Source: Deltaproteobacteria bacterium SG8_13 (GTDB lineage Bacteria > Desulfobacterota > Desulfobacteria > Desulfobacterales > SG8-13). Taken from it: a stretch of DNA of 64,000 bases. The notes under the pieces were generated by a model that saw only the letters and a program-made list of their open reading frames with translations, did not search any database and had not been told where the DNA came from. Positions 34,879 to 45,589 of the stretch are shown one piece after another (position 1 is the first letter of the stretch; every line of letters starts with the position of its first letter). The stretch is from NCBI GenBank assembly GCA_001303025.1, contig LJNK01000013.1:12683-76682 (forward strand). Reading direction: 5' to 3'. A program made the position numbers and the translations under genes.

Positions 34879-36282
34879 TTGAAGTCGAACGAATTCATCG
34901 GGTATCATTCCGAATGGAATTTAGGCAGTCCGGGCGGGTGGGATTATCAGCGGATCACCCAGAAAATCGGTAAATCGGTGTTTGCATTTTTATCCCGCCA
35001 GGTCGATTTCGGTATCGAGCTGGATTTCGATCTGCCGCTTCTGTCGCCCGTGCATGGATTGGTGGAGATGCTGTCGCGTGTGCACCACGATCGGGAAGGA
35101 TCGAACCCCGGTGTCATCGCCGTGGTGGCAGAAGAGGAAACCCTTGCTGATGTTGTTGAAAACCGGAACCTGGCTGAATTGATCGGCCAGGTTCCGGACC
35201 TGAAGGGCATCCTGACTGCCCCCCAGGAGTTGGAGAGAACAAACGGTCGGGTGTGTTGGCGCGGAGAGCCCGTGTCGGTAATCTTCATGGATTTCAATAC
35301 GGATGTCCTCCTGAAACTGCACCGCAAACACGGCCTCGACCCGTTGTTGCAGGCGGTACGGGAAAACCGGGTCATCAATCCGCGGGGCACCGAACCGATC
35401 AACGTCAAAAGCATGTTCGAGGTGATTACCGATCCTTCCTGCAACGGCTGCTTTCATCCTGAAACCATCCGGCGCACGCCGTGGACGAGGCAGTTCTACC
35501 CGCGGAGGACCTCGGGCCCCGACGGTGAGGATATTCAGGACCTGCTGGAGTGGACACGGCTGCGCTGGGAAAATCTGGTGCTCAAACCCTCCCGAGGGTA
35601 TTCCGGACATGGGGTTCGGGTGGGAGGCGTCCATCCGGATGTCGAAGATGCGGTTCAAATGGCGATCACAGCCGGGGACTACATCGTTCAACAGAAGGTG
35701 CCGCTTGCGCTGTGGGCCGAGGACATGCCGGAGATGAATACCGGGAGCGGGGAGGTGGTCTCCGTCCGTCGACAGACCGACTTTCGATGCCTGTTCGGAG
35801 CCGATGCGCTGATCGGCTTTGTGGCCCGTTACGGGCAAGTGCCGACCAATGTCGGCAGCGGCGGGGGGGTTCAGCCAGTAGCTGTCTTGCGATCATCGAT
35901 CAGTGTGCGGGATGCCACCGAGCGCATCAACGCCGCCATAGCCGGCTTGGAGGCTGAGGTGGTATCCGAGGCAGTGGCGCTGCAGCAGCAAATGGCCGTT
36001 GCGCATCAGTTTACATACCTGCTGGGGCCGGTGAACATGGCGCTGCGGCCGCGGGTCATCACCATGCAACAAATCGAGGCACTGAATGCTTACTGTTCCC
36101 ACATTTGGGCAGACTGCCTGACCTTGGAGAAGATGTGGATTTCAGGAGACCTGGATCATCTCATCAGCTTGGAGCCCGATGAGCTGGAGATTGCCAGATC
36201 ACAGCCCTGGGGGGGATCTACGGCCATATTGGCTTCGGACGGTATTTTCAGTTTCGGTGCCCATCAAAATGAGGAGCACTAA
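34879..36282 (+). CDS. Circularly-permuted-type ATP-grasp / amidoligase-like protein
   Basis: 'RVINPRGTEPINVKSMFEVI' and 'LVLKPSRGYSGHGVRVGG...YIVQQKV' are ATP-grasp-like. The start is uncertain: TTG 34843 overlaps the upstream gene, and TTG 34879 follows GGGGAGGAAG. Confidence 0.6.
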   Translation: MKSNEFIGYHSEWNLGSPGGWDYQRITQKIGKSVFAFLSRQVDFGIELDFDLPLLSPVHGLVEMLSRVHHDREGSNPGVIAVVAEEETLADVVENRNLAELIGQVPDLKGILTAPQELERTNGRVCWRGEPVSVIFMDFNTDVLLKLHRKHGLDPLLQAVRENRVINPRGTEPINVKSMFEVITDPSCNGCFHPETIRRTPWTRQFYPRRTSGPDGEDIQDLLEWTRLRWENLVLKPSRGYSGHGVRVGGVHPDVEDAVQMAITAGDYIVQQKVPLALWAEDMPEMNTGSGEVVSVRRQTDFRCLFGADALIGFVARYGQVPTNVGSGGGVQPVAVLRSSISVRDATERINAAIAGLEAEVVSEAVALQQQMAVAHQFTYLLGPVNMALRPRVITMQQIEALNAYCSHIWADCLTLEKMWISGDLDHLISLEPDELEIARSQPWGGSTAILASDGIFSFGAHQNEEH

Positions 36283-36287
36283 CGCCC

Positions 36288-37097
36288 GTGAGGATCGATC
36301 CGAATTGGTGGAAGGATCTGTTTGACGAATTCTACCTGCGAACCGACGCCCGGTCGGTTGACGACGAGCGCCTGACCTACCGGGAGGTCGACTTTTTGGA
36401 GGAAGTGTTTTCGTTTTCGAAATCAGAGCCCATTTTGGATCTGTGCGGCGGTCAGGGACGACACGCCCTGGAGCTTTCACGGCGCGGTTTTTGCCAGGTG
36501 GTGCTCTTGGATTACTCGGAAACCCTGGTTCGGATCGGCAAGCGCAAGGCAGCTGCTGAGAAACTCGGCACTGTTTTTATTCGCGCGGATGCACGGGCTG
36601 CCGCTTTCAGCAGCCAGACCTTTCGAGTTGTGATGATTCTGGGCAGCAGCTTCGGTTACTTTATCGACGAAACCGAAAACCGCAAAATGCTGCAGGAGGC
36701 AGCGCGCATATTGAAACCCGGTGGTGTGCTGCTGATGGATCTACCGGACCGGGAATATGTCCTGAAACACTTCAAGCCGGTGATTCGCCACCGCATCGAT
36801 GCGAGCCTGGAGGTCGTTCGAAGCCGCGAAATTGCAGACGATATCATTTATAGCCGGGAAATCGTCACCTCCCGGACGCAGGGCCGCATCCGCGAGCACA
36901 CCTACTGCACGCACCTGTACAGTCCCCGCAAAATATCCCGCCTGCTGGCCGATGCCGGCTTCGAGCGCATCGGCACCCGGAAAGGATTCATGTGCCGTCA
37001 ATCTGAAGGAGACTTTGGAACGATGACCCGGCGCATTGTCGTGACCGCACGGAAACCCGGCGATTACTCGGCTAGAACCTTTTATTCCCAAGCGTGA
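36288..37097 (+). CDS. Class I SAM-dependent methyltransferase
   Basis: Motif I is 'ILDLCGGQGRHALEL' and the post-I motif is 'VLLDYS', followed by 'LKPGGVLLMD'. The gene starts 5 nt after the upstream stop. Confidence 0.8.
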   Translation: MRIDPNWWKDLFDEFYLRTDARSVDDERLTYREVDFLEEVFSFSKSEPILDLCGGQGRHALELSRRGFCQVVLLDYSETLVRIGKRKAAAEKLGTVFIRADARAAAFSSQTFRVVMILGSSFGYFIDETENRKMLQEAARILKPGGVLLMDLPDREYVLKHFKPVIRHRIDASLEVVRSREIADDIIYSREIVTSRTQGRIREHTYCTHLYSPRKISRLLADAGFERIGTRKGFMCRQSEGDFGTMTRRIVVTARKPGDYSARTFYSQA

Positions 37098-37387
37098 CGT
37101 TCGAGGATAAGTGGCGGGACGGAATACCATTAAACGGACACGCGTATCGGACGATACGCCCTGCCCGCCTGTGCATCCCGCAGATTGCACTTTTTCGCTC
37201 ACTTCAACCATCTCCTTTCCATTTCTCACCAATTTGTTAATAAATGTGTTAAAAACAACATAATTGTAGATTAATAGTTTGTTAAATACATTTTTGTATT
37301 TTAAAGGACTTCCCCGCACCTGTCGAGGCATCCATAAAAATGTGTAGTATCAGGTGGTTGTGTCTTATTTCCCGTGGAAGTAAAAAA

Positions 37388-37403
37388 CGGCACAAAGGTT
37401 GCT
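37388..37403 (+). promoter_or_regulatory. Sigma-54 (-24/-12) promoter of glnK-amt
   Basis: CGGCAC-AAAGG-TTGCT has exact GG-N10-GC spacing. It lies about 60 nt upstream of the glnK ATG and is preceded by an AT-rich tract at 37230-37306. Confidence 0.55.
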
Positions 37404-37408
37404 TTTGA

Positions 37409-37804
<396 letters not shown>

Positions 37805-37841
37805 CCAACCTGCTGATATGAAGAAGGAGGCTGATAGCGTG

Positions 37842-39245
37842 ATGAGAAAGACGATATTGACGATACTGTTTGTTCTGTGCGGAATTGGACGCGTCTGGGC
37901 CGGCGATGAGCCGCCGACACCGGAATCGAACAAGAATTTGATCGACCTGGTACAGACCCACGCCGATTATGTCTGGACCCTGGTGGCGGCTGCGCTGGTA
38001 TTTTTCATGCAGGCCGGCTTTGCCCTGGTGGAATCCGGGTTTACCCGGGCGAAGAACGCCATCAACATCATGATGAAAAACCTGATGGACTTTTCCATGG
38101 GCACCCTGGCGTTCTGGGCTGTCGGCTTCGCGCTGATGTTCGGCGCCACCTCCACCGGCTGGTTCGGCACCAGCGGTTTCTTTCTTAGCGATTTTTCCGT
38201 AGGATCCGATCCCTGGGTACTGGCCTTCTGGATGTTTCAGGCAGTGTTTTGCGCAACCGCGGCCACCATCGTTTCCGGAGCGATGGCCGAACGAACCCGG
38301 TTCATCGGCTATATCCTCTACAGCGCAATTCTCAGCGCCATCATTTATCCGGTGTTTGGCAGCTGGGCCTGGGGTAGCCTCTATAAGGGCAGCGGCTGGC
38401 TGGAAGGACTCGGATTCATCGATTTTGCCGGCTCCACCGTTGTACACTCGGTGGGCGGCTGGGCGGCGCTGGCCGGCGCAATCGTCTTGGGCCCCCGCAT
38501 GGGCAAGTACACGAAAGACGGACGGATCAAACCGATCCTTGGTCACAGCATGCCTCTGGCAGCACTGGGTGTTTTCATTCTCTGGCTGGGGTGGTTTGGA
38601 TTCAATCCGGGTTCGACAACTGCTGCCAACAAAGACATCGCCATGATTTTCGTCAACACGAATCTGGCGGCCGCCGCCGGAGCCGTTCTGGCGATGTTTA
38701 CCTCCTGGATCCGGTTCGGCAAGCCGGAAGTGGGCATGAGCCTGAACGGCGCTCTGGCGGGCCTGGTGGCCATCACCAGCCCTTGCGCGTCGGTTACCCC
38801 CCTCAGTGCCGTGATCATCGGCGCTGCAGGCGGTGTTATCGTGGTTCTGTCTGTACTTTTCTTCGACAAAATTCGGGTCGATGATCCGGTGGGTGCCATT
38901 TCCGTGCACGGTGTCTGTGGTGCCTGGGGCACGCTTGCGGCCGGGATTTTCAATATCGGCGGTACCTCGGCGAAAATTATCGGCGTCCAGGTGCTGGGCG
39001 TCGCAGCCTGTTTCCTGTGGGTCTTTCCCACCGCCTTTCTGCTGTTCAAGCTGATCGACAAATTTGTCGGCCTGCGGGTTTCGCCCGAAGAGGAAATGGA
39101 GGGTCTCGATATTGCCGAGCACGGTGGCAATGCCTACCCGGACTTTGAGGTTTCCTCCTATGGTGGTGTCGGCATCGGTGTCGGCTCGGGATCGGCCCCG
39201 GTTGCAGAGGAAGTCAGCAGCCTGGAGCCAGTTCGACAGACATAG
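37842..39245 (+). CDS. amt: Ammonium transporter (Amt family)
   Basis: 'FMQAGFALVESG...', 'DFAGSTVVHSVGGW' and 'AISVHGVCGAWGT' are Amt signatures. The RBS AAGGAGG lies 8-11 nt before GTG 39 / ATG 37842. Confidence 0.9.
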   Translation: MRKTILTILFVLCGIGRVWAGDEPPTPESNKNLIDLVQTHADYVWTLVAAALVFFMQAGFALVESGFTRAKNAINIMMKNLMDFSMGTLAFWAVGFALMFGATSTGWFGTSGFFLSDFSVGSDPWVLAFWMFQAVFCATAATIVSGAMAERTRFIGYILYSAILSAIIYPVFGSWAWGSLYKGSGWLEGLGFIDFAGSTVVHSVGGWAALAGAIVLGPRMGKYTKDGRIKPILGHSMPLAALGVFILWLGWFGFNPGSTTAANKDIAMIFVNTNLAAAAGAVLAMFTSWIRFGKPEVGMSLNGALAGLVAITSPCASVTPLSAVIIGAAGGVIVVLSVLFFDKIRVDDPVGAISVHGVCGAWGTLAAGIFNIGGTSAKIIGVQVLGVAACFLWVFPTAFLLFKLIDKFVGLRVSPEEEMEGLDIAEHGGNAYPDFEVSSYGGVGIGVGSGSAPVAEEVSSLEPVRQT

Positions 39246-39405
39246 TTCCTCCTGCTCCCCCCCAAACAGCGTGCCTGCCGGGCTCGGCTCGACCGGAGCC
39301 CGGCGGGCCATGCTGTGGCCGTCCGAATCCGCAAATTTTATCCTATAGCTGGAATTCGGGGAAAATATCTATTATATACAATGCGACGCGTAGGATGAAT
39401 TTTTG

Positions 39406-39429
39406 GTCGGGACCGGGAGTCGGGACCGG
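39406..39429. repeat. Tandem direct repeat GTCGGGACCGG x2 (2-nt spacer)
   Basis: Exact 11-mers lie at 39406-39416 and 39419-39429, 17 nt upstream of the gltB ATG. Confidence 0.9.
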
Positions 39430-39446
39430 CCCTGTATCCACTTGCA

Positions 39447-42400
39447 ATGAAGGAAAAGATGAAACCAACCATGCCGGCCGGACCACCGGTCGCTCAGGGA
39501 CTGTATGATCCATTGCGGGAGCACGACGCCTGCGGGGTAGGTATGGTGTGCCATATCAAGGGCGAAGCTTCCCACAACGTGGTGCGGGATGGACTGCAGA
39601 TTCTGGTCAATCTCACTCACCGGGGCGCATGCGGCTGCGACGAAACCACCGGTGACGGGGCCGGGATCCTGTTGCAGATGCCGGACCGGTTCCTGCGCAG
39701 TGTGTGCAGGGAAGCTTCCATTGATCTGCCTGCTGAAAATCGGTATGCCTGCGGACCGGTTTTTCTGCCGCCGGACAAGGAACAGCGCCGGGCCTGCATG
39801 GACCGGTTTGAAACGATCGTTCAACAGGAAGGCCAGCAGATGCTCGGCTGGCGCAGGATGCCCGTTGACGCTGAAGCGCTCGGAGAGCTGGCCCGACAAC
39901 AGGAGCCGGTCATATACCAGATTTTCATTGGCCGCGGTGCAGAGATTCGGGACGATGAGCACTTTGAGCGCACTTTGTTCATCATTCGTCGGCAGATCGA
40001 GCGGTTCGCGCGCCAGTCCGGTCTGCCGCAGGCGGGATACTTCCACATCCCCAGCCTGTCGAGCCGAACTCTGGTATACAAGGGAATGCTGTTGGCCGAC
40101 CAGATAGAGCGCTATTATCCGGATCTGCAGGATCCGGACCTGGTCAGTGCGATGGCGCTGGTGCATCAGCGCTACAGCACCAACACGTTCCCCACCTGGG
40201 ACCTGGCGCATCCGTTTCGATTTCTCTGTCACAACGGCGAAATCAATACGCTGCGCGGGAACGTCAACTGGATGAACGCTCGCCAACACCTGTTTCGATC
40301 CGAACTTTTCGGCGAGAATATCCAGAAGCTCTTTCCCATCGCCACTCCGGGGGGCAGCGATTCGCTGGTCTTCGACAATGTGGTCGAACTGCTGGTTCGC
40401 GCCGGCCGCTCCCTCCCCCACGCCATAATGATGATGATCCCCGAGGCATGGCAGAACCACGCTACCATGAGCGACGAGAAGAAAGCCTTTTACGAATATC
40501 ACTCCTGCCTGATGGAACCCTGGGACGGGCCGGCCGCCATAGCCTTCTGTGACGGCATCCGTATTGGAGCGGTTCTCGATCGTAACGGGCTGCGCCCTTC
40601 CCGCTATACCGTCACCCGGGATGGAACCGTCATCATGGCTTCGGAGACCGGAGTCCTGGACCTCGATCCCGCCAATGTGCAAAGCAAGGGCCGCCTGCAA
40701 CCCGGCCGCATGTTTCTTATCGACACGGCGAAAGGGCGCATCGTCGAGGACGAAGAAATCAAGGATGAAATCTCCCGGCAAAAGCCTTACCGCCGGTGGT
40801 TACGGGACAACCTGACAACGCTGGAGCAGTTGCCGCAGGCAAGCAGAAACAGGCCTGCCGACCGCCTGCCGTTAGTCACCCGACAGATGGCGTTTGGTTA
40901 CAGCAGGGAAGACCTGAAGATCATTCTCGCCCACATGGCCCAGAAGGGCAAAGAGCCGCTGGGTTCCATGGGCGACGACATTCCACCCGCAATTCTATCC
41001 AGCCGGCCGCGCCTGCTGTTCGATTACTTCAAACAGCTGTTCGCACAGGTGACCAATCCACCCCTGGACGCGATTCGGGAAGCGCTGGTTACCTCGCTGA
41101 TCACCACGATCGGCGCGGAGCAGGACCTGCTCCAGGAGACGCCGCGGCATTGCTGCCAGCTCCGACTGGAGCGACCGGTATTGACGCCGATGGAATTCGG
41201 CCAGATCCAAAATGCGGATACCCGTTTCCTGCGATCAGCAACCTTGCCGATGCAGTTTCCGGTCGAAGATGGGGCGGCAGGCCTGAAGGAGTCGTTAGCG
41301 GAGCTGTGCCGGCAAGCCTCAAAAGCTGTCGAACGGGGAGCCACCATCCTGGTTATAACCGACCGGGATTTGGGCCGGGAGGCGGCCCCCATCCCATCGC
41401 TGCTGGCCACTGCCGCCGTGCATCATCATCTGATTCGCGAAGGACAGCGCACCCGCTGCGGCATTGTGGTGGAAACCGGTGAAGCCCGGGAAGTCCACCA
41501 TTTTTGCTGCCTGATCGGATACGGGGCCGGTGCTGTCTATCCGTATCTGGCTTATGATTCGCTGGAGGCGATGATCTGCGAAGGCGATCTTGCAGGGCTG
41601 ACCGCGTCGAAGGCCGTCGATCGATATATTCAGGCTACCTGCAAGGGCCTGTTGAAAGTCATTTCCAAAATGGGAATTTCCACCCTGCAAAGTTACCGGG
41701 GCGCCCAGATTTTTGAATGTGTCGGCCTGAATGATGCGACGATCGACGCTTATTTCCCCGGCACAGCGTCGCGAATCGGGGGCGCCGGGATAAGCGTTAT
41801 CGCCGAAGAGGTTTGTCAACGTCACCGACGTGCATTTCCTGCTGTAGAGATTTCCGCCGGATCGCAACTCGACTCCGGCGGCAAGTACAAGTGGCGCCGG
41901 GGCGGAGAAGTGCATCAGTACAACCCGATGACCATTGCGCGGCTGCAACAGGCGGTGCGGCAGAAAGATCGGGGAGCCTGGGATGAATTCACTGCCCTGG
42001 TGGATCGCCAGAATGAGCAGGAAGGTCTGATTCGAGGATTGCTGGAGTTCAAACCGGCGAGCGAGACGATTGCCATAGAGGAGGTCGAACCGGCCGCAGA
42101 GATTGTCAAACGCTTCAAGACCGGCGCCATGTCCTACGGGTCAATCAGTCGCGAGGCTCATGAAACGCTGGCCGTGGCTATGAATCGTATCGGCGCCAAG
42201 AGCAACAGCGGCGAAGGAGGTGAAGACCCGGACCGCTATGCACCCGACGAAAACGGTGACTGGCGCAACAGTGCCATCAAACAGGTCGCTTCCGGCCGCT
42301 TCGGCGTCACAGGGGCCTATCTGGCCAGTGCGACCGATCTGCAGATTAAAATGGCTCAGGGAGCCAAACCCGGCGAGGGGGGACAGCTCCCGGCCTTCAA

Positions 42401-44000
42401 GGTCTATCCCTGGATTGCCAAAACCCGGCATTCCACGGCCTATGTTGGCCTGATATCGCCCCCCCCGCACCACGACATCTATTCCATCGAGGATCTGGCG
42501 CAACTGATCCACGATTTAAAAAATGCCAACCCCCGGGCGCGGATCAATGTCAAGCTGGTTTCAGAGGTCGGAGTTGGTACAGTGGCTGCCGGGGTGGCAA
42601 AGGGCAAAGCCGACGTTATCCTGATAAGCGGCGAATCGGGCGGTACCGGCGCATCTCCGCAGACTTCGATCCGACACGCCGGTTTGCCCTGGGAGTTGGG
42701 GCTGGCTGAAACACAGCAGACGCTGGTCCTCAACGGCTTGCGCAGCCGCATCACCTTAGAGTGTGATGGTCAGCTGAAAACCGCTCGTGACGTAGCGGTG
42801 GCCTGCCTGTTGGGGGGCGAAGAGTTCGGTTTCGGCACGATTTCACTGGTAGCACTCGGATGCGTGATGATGCGCGTGTGTCATCTGAACACCTGCCCGG
42901 TAGGCATCGCCACGCAGGATCCACAGCTGCGGAAAAAGTTTGCCGGCAGACCCGAACATCTGATTCGTCTGATGTTTTTTATTGCCGAAGATCTGCGTCG
43001 CATCATGGCCCGGCTTGGCTTTCGCTCCGTCAAGGAAATGGTCGGCAGAGCAGATCGACTGGATGCGCGCCAGGCGGTGGATCACTGGAAAGCGGCGGGT
43101 CTCGATTTGTCTAACATCCTTTACAGGCCTCGAATTTCGGAGGCACTCGGCGCCACATGCCGAGTCGAAAGCCAGGACCACGGGTTGGAAGGGGCGCTGG
43201 ATCATCAGCTGATCGAAAAATGCCGTGCGGCCATCGATCGACAAGTACCGGTGCAATTCGACCTGAAGATTCGCAACACCCAACGCACCGTGGGTACGTT
43301 GCTCAGTTACCAGATCTACAGGCGTTGGGGTGAAGGCGGGCTGCCGGCCGATACTATTGTGATCCGCGCTTCCGGCTCCGCCGGCCAGAGTTTCTGCGCC
43401 TTCGGCGCACCGGGTGTCACCTTTCATGTGCAGGGCGATGCCAACGACTACTTCGGCAAAGGCCTGTCCGGGGCCCGCCTGACGATTCGACCGCCGGTCG
43501 GCAGCCGATTTGCCGCCGAACAGAATGTAATTATCGGCAACGTCGCTTTTTACGGGGCGACTTCGGGAGAGGCTTATATTCGCGGTGTTGCCGGCGAACG
43601 GTTCTGTGTGCGCAACAGTGGTGTGCGTGCGGTGGTTGAAGGCGTCGGTGACCACGGTTGCGAATACATGACCGGTGGGCGCGCGGTGATATTAGGCCCC
43701 ACAGGGCGCAATTTCTCCGCCGGGATGAGCGGTGGTATCGCCTACGTGTTCGATGAAACCGGTGATTTCCGAAACCTGCGGTGCAACACGGAGATGGTGG
43801 AGCTGGAAAGTGTCGACACAGCCGGTGATGAGCAGGAGTTGTTGTCCTTGGTTGAAAACCATTATCGTTACACCGACAGCCCCGTGGCGAAGCGCATAAT
43901 TGAAAACTGGCCGGTACTGCTCTCCCGGTTTGTCAAGGTGATGCCGACCGATTACAAGCATGCCCTGCAGCAGGCCGGAAAAGAGCAGCAAGCGGTATGA
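39447..44000 (+). CDS. gltB: Glutamate synthase large subunit
   Basis: The 1517-aa product has the N-terminal amidotransferase motif 'HDACGVG', FMN/Fe-S central domains and the C-terminal GXGXG domain. An alternative start is ATG 39459. Confidence 0.95.
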   Translation: MKEKMKPTMPAGPPVAQGLYDPLREHDACGVGMVCHIKGEASHNVVRDGLQILVNLTHRGACGCDETTGDGAGILLQMPDRFLRSVCREASIDLPAENRYACGPVFLPPDKEQRRACMDRFETIVQQEGQQMLGWRRMPVDAEALGELARQQEPVIYQIFIGRGAEIRDDEHFERTLFIIRRQIERFARQSGLPQAGYFHIPSLSSRTLVYKGMLLADQIERYYPDLQDPDLVSAMALVHQRYSTNTFPTWDLAHPFRFLCHNGEINTLRGNVNWMNARQHLFRSELFGENIQKLFPIATPGGSDSLVFDNVVELLVRAGRSLPHAIMMMIPEAWQNHATMSDEKKAFYEYHSCLMEPWDGPAAIAFCDGIRIGAVLDRNGLRPSRYTVTRDGTVIMASETGVLDLDPANVQSKGRLQPGRMFLIDTAKGRIVEDEEIKDEISRQKPYRRWLRDNLTTLEQLPQASRNRPADRLPLVTRQMAFGYSREDLKIILAHMAQKGKEPLGSMGDDIPPAILSSRPRLLFDYFKQLFAQVTNPPLDAIREALVTSLITTIGAEQDLLQETPRHCCQLRLERPVLTPMEFGQIQNADTRFLRSATLPMQFPVEDGAAGLKESLAELCRQASKAVERGATILVITDRDLGREAAPIPSLLATAAVHHHLIREGQRTRCGIVVETGEAREVHHFCCLIGYGAGAVYPYLAYDSLEAMICEGDLAGLTASKAVDRYIQATCKGLLKVISKMGISTLQSYRGAQIFECVGLNDATIDAYFPGTASRIGGAGISVIAEEVCQRHRRAFPAVEISAGSQLDSGGKYKWRRGGEVHQYNPMTIARLQQAVRQKDRGAWDEFTALVDRQNEQEGLIRGLLEFKPASETIAIEEVEPAAEIVKRFKTGAMSYGSISREAHETLAVAMNRIGAKSNSGEGGEDPDRYAPDENGDWRNSAIKQVASGRFGVTGAYLASATDLQIKMAQGAKPGEGGQLPAFKVYPWIAKTRHSTAYVGLISPPPHHDIYSIEDLAQLIHDLKNANPRARINVKLVSEVGVGTVAAGVAKGKADVILISGESGGTGASPQTSIRHAGLPWELGLAETQQTLVLNGLRSRITLECDGQLKTARDVAVACLLGGEEFGFGTISLVALGCVMMRVCHLNTCPVGIATQDPQLRKKFAGRPEHLIRLMFFIAEDLRRIMARLGFRSVKEMVGRADRLDARQAVDHWKAAGLDLSNILYRPRISEALGATCRVESQDHGLEGALDHQLIEKCRAAIDRQVPVQFDLKIRNTQRTVGTLLSYQIYRRWGEGGLPADTIVIRASGSAGQSFCAFGAPGVTFHVQGDANDYFGKGLSGARLTIRPPVGSRFAAEQNVIIGNVAFYGATSGEAYIRGVAGERFCVRNSGVRAVVEGVGDHGCEYMTGGRAVILGPTGRNFSAGMSGGIAYVFDETGDFRNLRCNTEMVELESVDTAGDEQELLSLVENHYRYTDSPVAKRIIENWPVLLSRFVKVMPTDYKHALQQAGKEQQAV

Positions 44001-44059
44001 TGCGGCGGCCGAAAAACCCGCACGCAGAAAAACGCAATACGATACGATAGAGGGGAACT

Positions 44060-45532
44060 GTGGGAAAGCCAACAGGATTCATGGATTATCCCCGGCAGCT
44101 GCCGGATAAACGTCCGGTTGACAAGCGGCTGAAGGATTTCCGCGAAATATACGCACCTTTCCCAAGGGAAAAGCTCCGACAGCAGGCAGCCCGCTGCATG
44201 GACTGCGGCGTGCCGACCTGTCACGCCGGATGCCCGCTTGGAAACCTGATTCCGGACTTCAATGACGATATATACCACGATCGCTGGAAAGAAGCCCTTG
44301 CGCAGTTGCTGCAAACCAACAATTTTCCAGAGTTCACCGGCCGTCTTTGTCCTGCACCCTGCGAGGAAGCCTGCGTGCTGTCGATCAATGAACCTGCGGT
44401 GACCATCGAACAAATCGAGAAAGAGATCATCGAATTCGCCTTCGAGCAGGGATGGGTGCGACCTGCTCCCCCCAGTCGGCGAAGCGGTAAAACCGTCGCA
44501 GTGATCGGTTCCGGTCCAGCCGGTCTGGCCTGTGCCCAGCAGTTGAATCGCGCCGGACATCTGGTCACTGTTTTAGAGCGTTCAGACAGGATTGGCGGGC
44601 TCCTGCGCTATGGAATTCCGGACTTTAAACTGGAAAAGTGGGTGCTGGATCGGCGCTTAGACCTGCTGGAGCAGGAGGGTATTCGCTTCGTCACGGCAGT
44701 AGAGGCCGGCCGTGATCTCAGTGCGGACGAGCTGCAGCGGTTCGACTCAGTGGTTCTTTGCATTGGTGCGACCGTTCCCCGGGACCTGCAGATCCCGGGA
44801 CGCGACCTGGATGGAATCCACTTTGCCATGGACTATCTGGTTCCTCAAAACCGCCAGACAGCCGGCAGCGGCCTCGACGACGAGCCGTACACCTTCATCT
44901 CCGCAGCGGGCAAGAACGTGGTGGTGATCGGTGGCGGAGATACCGGAAGCGACTGCATCGGCACTTGCAACCGGCAGAAAGCCCGCTCGGTCGTCAACTT
45001 CGAACTGATGGCCAAGCCGCCGGAGCAGCGGCCGGAGGACCAACCCTGGCCTTTCTGGCCCATGAGACTTCGCACCTCTGCTTCCCATGAAGAAGGGGCG
45101 CAACGGTGCTGGGGGATTCTTACCAAGAAATTCGTCGGGGGCCGGGGAAAGCTGAAATCGGTGCACACGGTCGATGTGGTGATGGTCGACAACGGACAGG
45201 ACGGTCTCCGGCTGCAGGAAGTCGAAGGCTCCCTGCGGGAATGGCCGGCAGATCTGGTGCTGCTGGCGCTGGGATTTACCGGACCGGAGCCGGATTCGAT
45301 CGTCACCGCACTAGGGCTGTTTCTGGATGAACGCGGAAACATCGCCACAGATGAAAACTACATGACCACTGCAAAGGGCGTTTTTGCCGCCGGGGATGCC
45401 CGCCGCGGGCAATCACTGATTGTCTGGGCCATTTCCGAAGGTCGCGAAGCGGCCCGCTGTGTGGACGTCTACCTGTCCGGAGAGTCGCTGCTGCCCACAA
45501 AGGGCGGGGGGGATTTACCGCGGATCGGATGA
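44060..45532 (+). CDS. gltD: Glutamate synthase small subunit (NAD(P)H-dependent)
   Basis: It has the N-terminus 'MGKPTGFMDY', Fe-S Cys motifs 'CMDCGVPTCH...CPLGN' and the dinucleotide fold 'VAVIGSGPAGLA'. Confidence 0.95.
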   Translation: MGKPTGFMDYPRQLPDKRPVDKRLKDFREIYAPFPREKLRQQAARCMDCGVPTCHAGCPLGNLIPDFNDDIYHDRWKEALAQLLQTNNFPEFTGRLCPAPCEEACVLSINEPAVTIEQIEKEIIEFAFEQGWVRPAPPSRRSGKTVAVIGSGPAGLACAQQLNRAGHLVTVLERSDRIGGLLRYGIPDFKLEKWVLDRRLDLLEQEGIRFVTAVEAGRDLSADELQRFDSVVLCIGATVPRDLQIPGRDLDGIHFAMDYLVPQNRQTAGSGLDDEPYTFISAAGKNVVVIGGGDTGSDCIGTCNRQKARSVVNFELMAKPPEQRPEDQPWPFWPMRLRTSASHEEGAQRCWGILTKKFVGGRGKLKSVHTVDVVMVDNGQDGLRLQEVEGSLREWPADLVLLALGFTGPEPDSIVTALGLFLDERGNIATDENYMTTAKGVFAAGDARRGQSLIVWAISEGREAARCVDVYLSGESLLPTKGGGDLPRIG

Positions 45533-45589
45533 TCCGCCGGGTTCAGGCGTGTGGTTGTGTCTGTTGAAAAACGCAGGACAAGATGCGTC

